Source of the DNA: an uncultured Pelagibacteraceae bacterium
GTDB taxonomy: Bacteria > Pseudomonadota > Alphaproteobacteria > Pelagibacterales > AG-422-B15
Direction of reading: 5' to 3'
Assembly (NCBI GenBank): GCA_902564295.1
Contig: CACFAO010000002.1
Location: forward strand, 12,126-76,125
Length of the DNA: 64,000 nt
Positions 46,101 through 56,146 of the stretch are shown in pieces; the first letter of the stretch is position 1, and each line of letters begins with the position of its first letter. Made by a program: the position numbers and the translations under genes. The notes below the pieces were generated by a model that worked only from the letters and a program-made list of their open reading frames with translations, had not been told where the DNA came from and did no database searches.

Positions 46101-46439
46101 AAAGTATTTCGATTTGTTTATAACATATTAGTAATATTTACATCATTTTTTTTTATAAATACTAGTATTGCAAACTCTGATGAAACTCTCATTGGATTGA
46201 ATGCATCAGCAAAGCACTATTGTGTTTGTTTCTTTATTTCTGAGATGAAAAGTGATTATTGTGATGAAGCATATGATCGTGTTATTGCTGCTTCAGTTTC
46301 AGACGATGAATTGTTCAGTCAAATTAAACTATTAGGTTACAATAAAGATGAGGAGAAAAAAGAAATTTCAATTGAATATGGAGATTATAAAATAGTCTCT
46401 GTTTTCACTAAAGAAACAGGTTGTTATTTTAAAAAATAA
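46095..46439 (+). CDS. Secreted Cys-containing small protein
   Basis: Signal peptide; AKHYCVCFFIS...YC...TGC. Confidence 0.65.
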   Translation: MHKVFRFVYNILVIFTSFFFINTSIANSDETLIGLNASAKHYCVCFFISEMKSDYCDEAYDRVIAASVSDDELFSQIKLLGYNKDEEKKEISIEYGDYKIVSVFTKETGCYFKK

Positions 46440-46816
46440 TTAACAACTTTAGTATTTGCAGGCAATAATTTTGCTTTCTTCAAGTCCTTTGCAGACACCC
46501 ATCTTAAAAGCTCCCCTTCTTTACTTATAATTTTTCCTGTCCATTCAGTTACCTCGAATACATACATCATTAATAAAAATGAACGGTACTGGTGCTTAAA
46601 AAATTCATAGTTTGATAATTTACTTATATCTATTTTAATATTTAATTCTTCCTTTAGCTCCCTAAATAATGCGCCTGCAAAATTTTCGTTATTTTTCAAT
46701 TTTCCACCTGGAAACTCCCAAGAATTGACAAAAGAGTCCTTTTGTTTTCTGCTCATTAAGAGAACTTCGCCATTTTTATTTTTTATAATTGCGGAAGAGC
46801 AAAATACTACCTTCAT
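46424..46816 (-). CDS. mutT: MutT-like NUDIX hydrolase
   Basis: WEFPGGK...ALFRELKEEL; follows argJ. Confidence 0.82.
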   Translation of the reverse strand: MKVVFCSSAIIKNKNGEVLLMSRKQKDSFVNSWEFPGGKLKNNENFAGALFRELKEELNIKIDISKLSNYEFFKHQYRSFLLMMYVFEVTEWTGKIISKEGELLRWVSAKDLKKAKLLPANTKVVNYFLK

Positions 46817-48039
46817 GTCCTATATGCCGCATTGATATCAACATATTTGTGAGAAAAGTCACATGTTTGTGTTTCGTAAGAATAATTGCCCTGTTCAAGG
46901 TCAAGTTTTAAATCAATTTCTTTACTTGCCATATATTTTTTTAATTTTTGTAAATTTAATTTTTTATACTCTGCTCCATTAGCAACAACTATTTGCTTAC
47001 CTATATAAATCTTAAGTTTTTTTGGGTTAATTTTTTCATATGTTTTACCAATCGCCATTACAATTCTCCCCCAATTTGGATCATTTCCGTAAAAAGCTGT
47101 TTTTACAAGTGGGGAATTTGCGACTGCCTTAGCAATTCTTTTTGCCTGCGGTGAATTTTTAGCATTTTCAACTTTTATGTTTATTAATTTTGTTGCGCCT
47201 TCACCATCTCGTACAATTTGTTCCGCTAAATATTTAACAACAGGAAGTAAAGAGTTTTTTATTTTTGATACTCTCTTATCTTTGATTGATGAAATCTTAT
47301 TTTTTAATGAAACACTATTAGTGCTAGTCATAATTACAGTATCATTTGTAGACTCATCACCATCAACAGTTATTTGATTGAACGACTTATCTACTAGATC
47401 TTTTAATAATTTCTGTAGAATATTTTGAGGTATTAAACAATCTATAAAAATAAATCCCAACATTGTTGCCATGTTTGGTTCTATCATACCAGATCCTTTC
47501 GCAATCCCTGTGATCGTGATTGCTTTGTTTTCAATCATTGTTTTTACAGAAATTGCTTTTGGAAAAGTATCGGTTGTCATAATTGATTGAGCTGCTTGTA
47601 ACCAATTATTAGATTTTGATTTATTCTTTTTTAATATATTTACTATTTTATTTTCAGGAAATTTTTCTCCGATAACACCTGTAGATGCAAAAAATACCTT
47701 CTTCACTGAGACTTTGAATTTATTAGAAACAAAGTTACTTATTTTCGTTAACGCATTAATACCTGCCTTGCCTGTAAAAGTGTTTGCATTTCCTGAATTA
47801 ACAATCAATGCTTCTATTTCTTTATTTTTTAAATTTTTTTCGTTCCAGTCCAGTGTGCACGATCTTAATGAGGACTTTGTAAAAACTTCAGCAACTGAAG
47901 TTTTATTTTTGAAAATAAATAAAGCTAAATCCAGTCGTTTCTTATTGTACAAGCCTGCAGAATATACATACAATTCAATGCCTTTAATCTGTTTTATTTT
48001 TCCAATATTTTTTGGCGCTAAAGGCGATTTTTTTAACAT
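46813..48039 (-). CDS. argJ: Ornithine acetyltransferase / N-acetylglutamate synthase
   Basis: NSGNAN, MTTDT, KGSGMIEPNMATML, DGEGATK; ATG start at 48039 preferred. Confidence 0.96.
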   Translation of the reverse strand: MLKKSPLAPKNIGKIKQIKGIELYVYSAGLYNKKRLDLALFIFKNKTSVAEVFTKSSLRSCTLDWNEKNLKNKEIEALIVNSGNANTFTGKAGINALTKISNFVSNKFKVSVKKVFFASTGVIGEKFPENKIVNILKKNKSKSNNWLQAAQSIMTTDTFPKAISVKTMIENKAITITGIAKGSGMIEPNMATMLGFIFIDCLIPQNILQKLLKDLVDKSFNQITVDGDESTNDTVIMTSTNSVSLKNKISSIKDKRVSKIKNSLLPVVKYLAEQIVRDGEGATKLINIKVENAKNSPQAKRIAKAVANSPLVKTAFYGNDPNWGRIVMAIGKTYEKINPKKLKIYIGKQIVVANGAEYKKLNLQKLKKYMASKEIDLKLDLEQGNYSYETQTCDFSHKYVDINAAYRT

Positions 48040-48147
48040 TTTTCGAACAATCAAATATGAGTGATTTAAGTAATTTTATCTTAATTGGTGTTAGTATTTA
48101 AGGTATAAATGCTTGCAATTAAATAGAAAATACAAATATCTACTCAA

Positions 48148-50751
48148 ATGTTAAAAGTTAACTCATTTTTTAATACAATTTTTAGCCGAAGCGAAAAGAA
48201 GAAATTAGCTGAATTTCAGCGTGCCGTGCAATTAATTAATGATTTAGAGCCTGAAATTGAGAAGCTATCTCAAGATATACTTCTTAAAAGAATTTCAGAG
48301 ATTAAATCTGAAATATCAAATGGAAAAAAAATTGATGACTATTTAGTAGAGTCTTTTGCAATGGTGCGTGAGGCTTCCAAAAGAACACTTGGTCAAAGAC
48401 ATTTTGATGTTCAATTGATAGGCGGTATGGTTTTACATAATGGTGGAATTTCAGAGATGAAGACTGGTGAAGGAAAAACACTTGTTTCTACTTTGGCTGC
48501 GTTTCTAAATTCTTTATCTGGAAAAGGTGTTCATATAGTTACAGTAAATGATTATCTTGCAAGGCGAGATGCAGAATGGATGGGTTCTATATTTAATTAT
48601 TTAGGTCTATCAGTTGGATGTTTAACAAACGATACAGAGGGACGTGAAAAAAGAAAAGAACAATATGCCTGTGACATTACTTACGGAACCAATAATGAAT
48701 TTGGCTTTGATTATTTAAGAGATAATTTACGTGTATTAAAACAGAACATTGTTCAACGAGATCATAACTTTTGTATTGTTGATGAGGTTGATAGTATATT
48801 GATAGATGAATCTAGAACACCGCTTGTAATTTCAGGCGCTATAGAAGATAAAACAACTCTTTATAATTCAATTAATAAAATAATCCCTTTTCTAAATAAT
48901 GATGATTTTGAAATAGATGAAAAAACAAAAACAGCAAATTTAACAGATGTAGGAAATGATAAAGCTGAAAAAATATTAAAAGAAAGGAATATTATATCTG
49001 AGGGGACTTTATATGATATTTCTAATGTTGCGGTGGTACACCATATAAATCAAGCATTAAGAGCAAACAAACTATTTGAAAAAGATAGGGACTATATTGT
49101 TAAATCGGGAAGTGTAGTAATTGTTGATGAATTTACAGGCAGGACGATGGAAGGTAGAAGATATGGGGATGGGCTACATCAAGCAATAGAAGCAAAAGAA
49201 AATGTTAAAGTTCAAAATGAAAGCCAAACATTAGCTTCAATAACCTATCAAAATTATTTTAGACTATATAATAAAATTTCTGGTATGACGGGAACTGCAC
49301 TCACTGAAGCAGAGGAATTTGGTGACATTTATAATTTGTCCGTTTTCGAAATACCTACAAATATTCCAGTTTCACGAATTGATAATGAAGATGAAATCTA
49401 TAGAACAGCCGAGGAAAAATATGATGCTATTATTGAGCAAATTAAAATATGTAATGAAAAAAGCCAACCCGTCTTAGTTGGGACAACAAGTATTGATAAA
49501 TCTGAGAAAATTTCAAAGAAACTGAGAAATAATAAAATTAAACACGAGGTACTAAACGCTAAACACCACGAGCAAGAGGCAAAGATTATTGCTAATGCCG
49601 GTGAACCAGGTGCTGTTACAATTGCAACAAATATGGCAGGAAGAGGAACTGATATTCAACTTGGCGGTAATTACGAATTTAATTCAAGCACAAAGAATGG
49701 TCAGGAAAATTTAGAAGGGCTTAAAGACACAATTACTCAAAAAAAAGATGAAGTGATTAAAGCTGGAGGTCTCTATGTAATTGGAAGTGAAAGACATGAA
49801 AGTAGAAGAATAGATAATCAGTTAAGAGGAAGGTCTGGTCGTCAAGGTGATCCTGGGGAAACTAAGTTCTTTATAAGTTTAGAAGATGATTTAATGAGAA
49901 TTTTTGGATCAGAAAAAATAGATAGTGTTTTAAAAAGCCTTGGCTTGAAAGAAGGAGAGTCAATTAAGCATGCATGGATTTCAAAAGCACTTGAGAGAGC
50001 ACAAAAAAAAGTAGAAGGAAGAAATTTTGACATAAGAAAAACTCTGTTAAAGTTTGATGACGTCTTAAATGATCAACGTAAAACGATATTTGAACAAAGA
50101 CTTGAGTTAATGAATGCAGATAATATTTCAGAAATTGCAAATGAAATGCAATACGATGTTGCTGACGAAATTGTTGAACGTTATTGCCCAGAAAAATCTT
50201 ATGCTGATCAATGGAACTTACAAGACCTTCAAGATGAGATAAATCAATACTTTTCAAAAAAAATTGATGTAAATTTAGAAAACTCAGAAGGTGATATTAG
50301 TCAGCAATATATTAAGGATAAAGTTTACGCACTAATAAATGAAAATACCGTAAACAGAAAAGGTAATCATTCTGAAGAAGAGGTTAATTCTGCAGAACGA
50401 ATGGTTATGCTTAAAATTTTGGATGATAAATGGAAAGATCATATTAATAACCTTGAACAACTTAGGTCAACTATTGGTTTAAGAGGGTACGGTCAAAGAG
50501 ATCCCCTAAATGAATATAAAAATGAAGCGTTTGGATTATTTGAGGAACTAATAAATAATTTAAAAATTGATGTTTCTAAAATCTTTTCAAGAATGAGATT
50601 AAGAGAAAAGCAAAACCAAACTTTAAATGAAAATAGTGTGTCTGAAAAAATTAACCAATCAGCTATAAAGACAAAAAAGATATCAAGAAATGCCCCTTGC
50701 CCTTGCGGTTCAGGTAAAAAGTATAAACATTGCTGTGGTAAAATTAATTAA
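48148..50751 (+). CDS. secA: Preprotein translocase subunit SecA
   Basis: MKTGEGKT, DEVDSILIDE, NMAGRGTDI, C-terminal SEC-C motif. Confidence 0.98.
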   Translation: MLKVNSFFNTIFSRSEKKKLAEFQRAVQLINDLEPEIEKLSQDILLKRISEIKSEISNGKKIDDYLVESFAMVREASKRTLGQRHFDVQLIGGMVLHNGGISEMKTGEGKTLVSTLAAFLNSLSGKGVHIVTVNDYLARRDAEWMGSIFNYLGLSVGCLTNDTEGREKRKEQYACDITYGTNNEFGFDYLRDNLRVLKQNIVQRDHNFCIVDEVDSILIDESRTPLVISGAIEDKTTLYNSINKIIPFLNNDDFEIDEKTKTANLTDVGNDKAEKILKERNIISEGTLYDISNVAVVHHINQALRANKLFEKDRDYIVKSGSVVIVDEFTGRTMEGRRYGDGLHQAIEAKENVKVQNESQTLASITYQNYFRLYNKISGMTGTALTEAEEFGDIYNLSVFEIPTNIPVSRIDNEDEIYRTAEEKYDAIIEQIKICNEKSQPVLVGTTSIDKSEKISKKLRNNKIKHEVLNAKHHEQEAKIIANAGEPGAVTIATNMAGRGTDIQLGGNYEFNSSTKNGQENLEGLKDTITQKKDEVIKAGGLYVIGSERHESRRIDNQLRGRSGRQGDPGETKFFISLEDDLMRIFGSEKIDSVLKSLGLKEGESIKHAWISKALERAQKKVEGRNFDIRKTLLKFDDVLNDQRKTIFEQRLELMNADNISEIANEMQYDVADEIVERYCPEKSYADQWNLQDLQDEINQYFSKKIDVNLENSEGDISQQYIKDKVYALINENTVNRKGNHSEEEVNSAERMVMLKILDDKWKDHINNLEQLRSTIGLRGYGQRDPLNEYKNEAFGLFEELINNLKIDVSKIFSRMRLREKQNQTLNENSVSEKINQSAIKTKKISRNAPCPCGSGKKYKHCCGKIN

Positions 50752-51856
50752 CTAAATAAGTTAATATGCCGATAAACAACATGGCAAGTATAGTTCCTAA
50801 AACAATTCGTCCTAAAAAACTATTATAAAACCTTTTTTTATTGCCAAATTTCCCAAACTTTTCATCAAGAACAGTATTAGCTGCTGTGGTCTTTTCACTA
50901 AATAATCCCGACCTTCCTATTTGAAGATATCTTTCTTGTCTTGCATGTTTTAAATCATTTCCATGTTGATTTGAAAGCAAATTTAAATATTTCTCAATTT
51001 CATCTCCAACAGACTCAATTACCCGATGAGGATTTCTATGTGCGCCACCTGTAGGCTCTTTAACAATTTCATCAATTACATCAATTTTTAACATATCTTC
51101 TGCTGTAAGCTTAAGGGCTGATGCCGCCTCAACAGTTTTTGTATTATCTTTCCATAAAATTGATGAACAGCCCTCTGGGGAAATTACTGAATATATGGAG
51201 TTTTCCAACATAAGGACTGTATTTCCTGTACCAATAGCTACTGCACCGCCTGATCCTCCTTCGCCAATTATTATTGCTATAATAGGAACACCTAATGACA
51301 AACAACACTCAGTTGTTTTTGCTATTGCTTCAGATTGTCCTCGCTGTTCAGCTCCTACTCCAGGATAAGCGCCAGGAGTGTCTACGAAGGAAATTACTGG
51401 AATGTCAAAATCCTCTGCAAGTTTCATTAATCTCTGAGCTTTTCTGTATCCCTCAGGCCTAGGCATTCCGAAATTATGTTCAATTCTTGATGTTGTATCG
51501 TGTCCCTTTTCATGACCAAGGACTAATACTGTTTTACCTCTAAACTTTCCAAACCCCCCGAGAATAGCTTTATCTTCTGAAAAAAAACGATCACCTGATA
51601 ATGGAAAAAAATCCTCAATTAGATTTTGAATATATTCTCTAGTTTTTGGTCGTTGAGGATGTCTTGCAACAAGTGTTCTTTGCCAAGGTGATATTGAAGA
51701 ATATATCTTTTTATAAGTTTCATTTATTTGTTCTTCAACTTGCGTAATTTCTTCAAGAAGATTATCTGATGGAGCATTATCATTTAAGCTTTTGAGCTCA
51801 TGAACCTTATTGTCAAGTTGTTCGATGGGCTTTTCAAACTCAAGATAGGTGTTCAT
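50744..51856 (-). CDS. accA: Acetyl-CoA carboxylase carboxyltransferase alpha, with C-terminal hydrophobic extension
   Basis: YLEFEKPI, ARHPQRP, DTPGAYPG, GEGGSGGA. Confidence 0.95.
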   Translation of the reverse strand: MNTYLEFEKPIEQLDNKVHELKSLNDNAPSDNLLEEITQVEEQINETYKKIYSSISPWQRTLVARHPQRPKTREYIQNLIEDFFPLSGDRFFSEDKAILGGFGKFRGKTVLVLGHEKGHDTTSRIEHNFGMPRPEGYRKAQRLMKLAEDFDIPVISFVDTPGAYPGVGAEQRGQSEAIAKTTECCLSLGVPIIAIIIGEGGSGGAVAIGTGNTVLMLENSIYSVISPEGCSSILWKDNTKTVEAASALKLTAEDMLKIDVIDEIVKEPTGGAHRNPHRVIESVGDEIEKYLNLLSNQHGNDLKHARQERYLQIGRSGLFSEKTTAANTVLDEKFGKFGNKKRFYNSFLGRIVLGTILAMLFIGILTYLVN

Positions 51857-51867
51857 TTAATAATAAA

Positions 51868-52848
51868 TTATTTACTTAGAGTTTCTATTAATTTTGTTTG
51901 TTCGATAATTTGCTCAGCTTGCCTTATTGAAGCGGCGTCAATTAATTTTCCATTTAGTGTAGCAGCGCCTGCGCCTGACTCCTGTGCTTTTTTCATTGCT
52001 TCAAGAATATCTCTGGCTTTTTGTAGTTCTTTTTCTGGTAATGTGAATACCTCATTTGCAAGATCTACCTGACTAGGGTGAATTGCCCATTTTCCCTCAC
52101 ATCCAAGAATTGCTGTTCTTCTTGCGTGAGACTTAAAACCTTCTGGATCTGAAAAATCCCCGAAAGGACCGTCAATAATCCTTACGCCATGAGCCCTTCC
52201 GATAGTTGTCATTTTTGATATTGGATAGTGCCACATATCATTCCAGTGAGTTTTTCTCTCTCCATCAATTTCATCAGTTAAGATTGAATAGTCTTGATTA
52301 GATCCGCCGATATTTGTTGTACGCATTCTAACTGATGCTGCATAATCAGCGTAACCAAAATGGAGAGATTCAATTCTTTTACTTCCAGTTAAGATCTTAT
52401 CTAGGTTTGTTATTCCCATAGATGTTTCAACTATAAGTTCAAAGCCTATTTTCTTTTGTCTTTGAGTTTTATCTTCTATTTGCGTCACTAACATATCAAT
52501 TGCATAAACATCCTCTGGAACACCAACTTTTGGTATCATGATTAAATCTAATCGCTCACCACCATTTTCCATTAAGTCAACAACATCTCTGTAACAATAA
52601 TGAGTATCCAATCCATTAATTCTTACTGAAATAGTTTTTTTCCTAAAATCGTGATTGTTTAGTGCTTTGATTACATTTTCTTTTGCTTGTTCCTTATCTT
52701 GCGGCGCCACAGCATCCTCAAGATCTAAACAGATTATATCTGCATTGCTTGCTGAAGCTTTCTCAAACAAATCTGGCTTTGACCCTGGAACAAATAACTG
52801 AGATCTGTTTATTCTTATAGTGTTAGAGGGTACGGACGTGAAACTCAT
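51868..52848 (-). CDS. mcl: L-malyl-CoA/beta-methylmalyl-CoA lyase
   Basis: RSQLFVPG, DLEDAVAP, SLHFGYADYAAS, DGPFGDFSD, GKWAIHP. Confidence 0.85.
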   Translation of the reverse strand: MSFTSVPSNTIRINRSQLFVPGSKPDLFEKASASNADIICLDLEDAVAPQDKEQAKENVIKALNNHDFRKKTISVRINGLDTHYCYRDVVDLMENGGERLDLIMIPKVGVPEDVYAIDMLVTQIEDKTQRQKKIGFELIVETSMGITNLDKILTGSKRIESLHFGYADYAASVRMRTTNIGGSNQDYSILTDEIDGERKTHWNDMWHYPISKMTTIGRAHGVRIIDGPFGDFSDPEGFKSHARRTAILGCEGKWAIHPSQVDLANEVFTLPEKELQKARDILEAMKKAQESGAGAATLNGKLIDAASIRQAEQIIEQTKLIETLSK

Positions 52849-52901
52849 TTTGTTGGTTTATCATCATAAAATCCTCTTTTCAAGGACAACTTGAATTACA
52901 A

Positions 52902-53828
52902 TTATTCTTTGAATACCTTAGATAATGGGTGATTATCTTCCACCGTACTTTTTAATCTATCGCTAAGAACATGAGTATAAATTTGTGTTGTTGATATATC
53001 CGAATGCCCAAGTAGCATTTGTAGTGATCTCAAATCCATTCCATTAGCAAGTAGATGTGATGCAAATGCATGTCTTAGCTTGTGGGGGCTAACGTATTTT
53101 GCATCGATATTCGCTTCTTTGCACAATACTTTTAAAAGTTGATGAAATCTTTGCCTTGAAATATGGCCAAGCTTTGAATTTCTTGATGGAAAAAGCCATT
53201 TGTCTTCATTTTTATCTGCATTTAAAAATTCTACTCTTACTTTTAGATACTTTTCTATTGTAGATAAAGTGTTTTGATCAACGGGCACAAGTCTTTCTTT
53301 ATTTCCTTTCCCTGTTACAAAAATAAAATTTTCTTTTTCATATAAAGATGACAATTTTAATCCAACTAGCTCAGAAACTCTTATTCCTGTTGCATATAAT
53401 ATTTCTATCATAGTGAATAGTCTCAACCCTCTAATAGAGTCATCATTTTTAGCTGTCTCTAATAGCCTATCTACCTGATCGTGTGTTAAAAAAATTGGTA
53501 GCTTAGAGTTTTTTTTGGGAATTGATATTTGCGAGAATGGATTATCTTTGAGTATATTTTCAGTAACTAGAAAATCAAAAAAGTGTCCTAACGAAGATAA
53601 TTTCCTGAGGATTGTTGATCTCTCAAATCCTAAATCGTTCATCATCGAAATGTATTTTTCAATTGATTTTCTTGAAAATATTAGTTCAGATGATTTGCTT
53701 GTTGTTTGTCTTTCTAAAAACTGATTTATATCACTTTTATAAGACTCAATCGTATTATTACTTAAACCTTTCTCAGATATCAGTGATTCTAAGAAATTCT
53801 CGATTATAGATTTTTCTATTTTCGGCAC
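52902..53828 (-). CDS. xerD: Tyrosine recombinase XerD
   Basis: YATGIRVSEL, GKGNKER, HKLRHAFASH, LGHSDISTTQIY. Confidence 0.9.
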   Translation of the reverse strand: MPKIEKSIIENFLESLISEKGLSNNTIESYKSDINQFLERQTTSKSSELIFSRKSIEKYISMMNDLGFERSTILRKLSSLGHFFDFLVTENILKDNPFSQISIPKKNSKLPIFLTHDQVDRLLETAKNDDSIRGLRLFTMIEILYATGIRVSELVGLKLSSLYEKENFIFVTGKGNKERLVPVDQNTLSTIEKYLKVRVEFLNADKNEDKWLFPSRNSKLGHISRQRFHQLLKVLCKEANIDAKYVSPHKLRHAFASHLLANGMDLRSLQMLLGHSDISTTQIYTHVLSDRLKSTVEDNHPLSKVFKE

Positions 53829-55558
53829 TATAAATTGTACGTTGAAAAATACTCTAATATATAGTCTTGTGCGTAAGCTTCATTAATCTCAAACAACGAG
53901 TCTATTATAAGAAAAATCGAAAACTCGTCATTCTCATTAAAATTATCATCTCCATGTAATATGTTTAACAAAATTATTTTCTCACCTATTTGATTTTCAA
54001 GAGATTCAAAATAATTATGCAGTTTTATATTTGCAGTTATTGAGGAGACTTTATTTAATTCATTTGGAGTTTTCCAATAACTAATTTTTTTTGAATTTGT
54101 AATAAGTTCGTAATACTTAACTATAATATTCTTCTGCCTATCGGAAAAACCTTCATAGTTAATTAATTGATTTAAGTTAGTCTCTTTTATTGCTTTACCA
54201 CTCGCTAATGAAAGATAAAACTTAGCTTTAGAAAGCTCTAATGTGTCTGAATTGAGATTCAATTGACTCACCCACTCATTACATTTTTCTGGGTCATCAT
54301 TTAGTATAAAGACCAGGCAAATGCCCGATGCATTTTCGATATAATCTGATTTTGGTTGAAGTATTTTTATTTTATCATAAATCATTAAAGACGCTGTTTC
54401 CAACATACCATGCGCACTAAACAAACTAACATATTTAGGTATTTTATTTACTAATTCAGCCTGAGATGAAGTTTTTCTTATATCTTTAAAGATTTTAATT
54501 CGCTCTAATAAAGCAAAATTATTCTCACCAGCGTCCTTAGTGTTACTTAGATCAATGGACTGGTAAATCTCAGCAAGGTATTTGTGCTCAACCAAGCCTT
54601 TTTTGACAAGTTCTTCAGCAATTGAAATTTTTTTAAGGTTGTTCTTCTTATAATTTAAAAAGTAGAACAATTTAAATTTTATTGGTGAATTTATGGAAAT
54701 ATATTTATCAATATCGACATTGTATTTTTGTAATAAATTTAAATTAATTAGATTTATTTCCTTGAGATTTTCAGCTTTAATTTCATCACTATAAATAATT
54801 TCAGATAATAAAGATAAATACTCTTCATCATAATTATCATCATCTCTCATTAAAGAAATATTTAAATCAAGAGTTAGTCTATTAGCTGACATTGCATTGC
54901 AAAATGATGCAAAATATAAATCACTTAATCTTTCGGATATTAAATTAGAGTTGCTATTACAAATTCTTTTGTATTGATTATAGATAAGTAAATTATCAAT
55001 CATTCCATCACTTAAAATATCGTTTATTTCATCACTATTTAGTAAGCTAAATAATTGAGATATATTTTTATAATAACCTCTTGAGATTAAAAAATCTGAT
55101 TTAAGATTTAAAAAAGATAATGAGTCTTTATTTGATTTATCGGGTGGAGCTGCTGTTGTTAGGATTACTTTTTTTACTAGGTTCGTAAGAGTTGAACTAG
55201 TACTTTCTACAGAAGCTGTATTAATTAAATATGCTATATCCTCTATATTAGACCCATCCCATAAATTAGCTTCAAATCCGCCATTAGTAGGATCATATAA
55301 ACCTATAGCATCGGCTTTAGTAAATAGAAAATTTTCCTGTTTTACGGTTTGATTAGTTAAGTTTACTGCTTCCTGCGTATTTGATTTTTCAATAGAGCCT
55401 TCAATTTCGCTTATAACACTGTTCTCTTGCCAAATTTCATATGGCTCTTGACTCAAATTGTCTTCCGCCAAAACATCAATATTAATGAAAAATGAGCTTA
55501 TAAGAGATAAACTAATGATATATAATGTTACTTTATTACGAATGCTTTTATCAAACAT
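53828..55558 (-). CDS. Conserved exported hypothetical protein
   Basis: Signal-peptide-like start, GLYDP..GGF..NLW.GS; between aroK and xerD. Confidence 0.7.
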   Translation of the reverse strand: MFDKSIRNKVTLYIISLSLISSFFINIDVLAEDNLSQEPYEIWQENSVISEIEGSIEKSNTQEAVNLTNQTVKQENFLFTKADAIGLYDPTNGGFEANLWDGSNIEDIAYLINTASVESTSSTLTNLVKKVILTTAAPPDKSNKDSLSFLNLKSDFLISRGYYKNISQLFSLLNSDEINDILSDGMIDNLLIYNQYKRICNSNSNLISERLSDLYFASFCNAMSANRLTLDLNISLMRDDDNYDEEYLSLLSEIIYSDEIKAENLKEINLINLNLLQKYNVDIDKYISINSPIKFKLFYFLNYKKNNLKKISIAEELVKKGLVEHKYLAEIYQSIDLSNTKDAGENNFALLERIKIFKDIRKTSSQAELVNKIPKYVSLFSAHGMLETASLMIYDKIKILQPKSDYIENASGICLVFILNDDPEKCNEWVSQLNLNSDTLELSKAKFYLSLASGKAIKETNLNQLINYEGFSDRQKNIIVKYYELITNSKKISYWKTPNELNKVSSITANIKLHNYFESLENQIGEKIILLNILHGDDNFNENDEFSIFLIIDSLFEINEAYAQDYILEYFSTYNL

Positions 55559-55613
55559 ATTAATTTCTTTTAACAGAATATTTTAAAACTGTGAAATTTA
55601 TTCACATTTAATA

Positions 55614-56144
55614 ATGTCAAAAAAAAGACACTCTCAAACAAAAAAAAATATAGTTTTTCTAGGCCATATGGGCTCTGGTAAATCAACTATTGGTAGAGGT
55701 TTATCAAAAAAACTAGGCTTAGATTTTTATGACACGGATAGAGAAATTGAAAAAGAAATGGGTCAAAAAATTGCAAAAATTTTTGATGAAAGCGGTGAAA
55801 GTATCTTCAGAAATATTGAGAAAAAAATTACTTTAAAATTACTAGATAAAAAAAACTCTATTATTGCACTAGGTGGAGGTGGCTTTGAAGAGTTAAAAAC
55901 AAGAAAGTTAATATTGAATAAATGTAATTCAATATGGCTAAAATGTGATTTGAATATTTTAGAAAAAAGGTGTAAAGTATCAAAAAAAAGGCCCCTTTTA
56001 TCTGATAAAAATATAAAAGCAGAATTTGAAAGATTAAATAAAATTAGGCAGAAAAATTACTCCAAAGCTAAATTCACAATCGATGTGAGCAAAAAAAATA
56101 AATATCAAATAATTAGAGAAATTACCGAAGCTTTAAAAATCTAA
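55614..56144 (+). CDS. aroK: Shikimate kinase
   Basis: GHMGSGKSTIG, DTD, GESIFR, LGGG, RPLL. Confidence 0.95.
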   Translation: MSKKRHSQTKKNIVFLGHMGSGKSTIGRGLSKKLGLDFYDTDREIEKEMGQKIAKIFDESGESIFRNIEKKITLKLLDKKNSIIALGGGGFEELKTRKLILNKCNSIWLKCDLNILEKRCKVSKKRPLLSDKNIKAEFERLNKIRQKNYSKAKFTIDVSKKNKYQIIREITEALKI

Positions 56145-56146
56145 TA

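Noticed and set aside
52902-53828. Tyrosine recombinase as a possible island integrase
   Set aside because: It has XerD signatures in a core aroK/accA context, far from the island, with no att sites seen.
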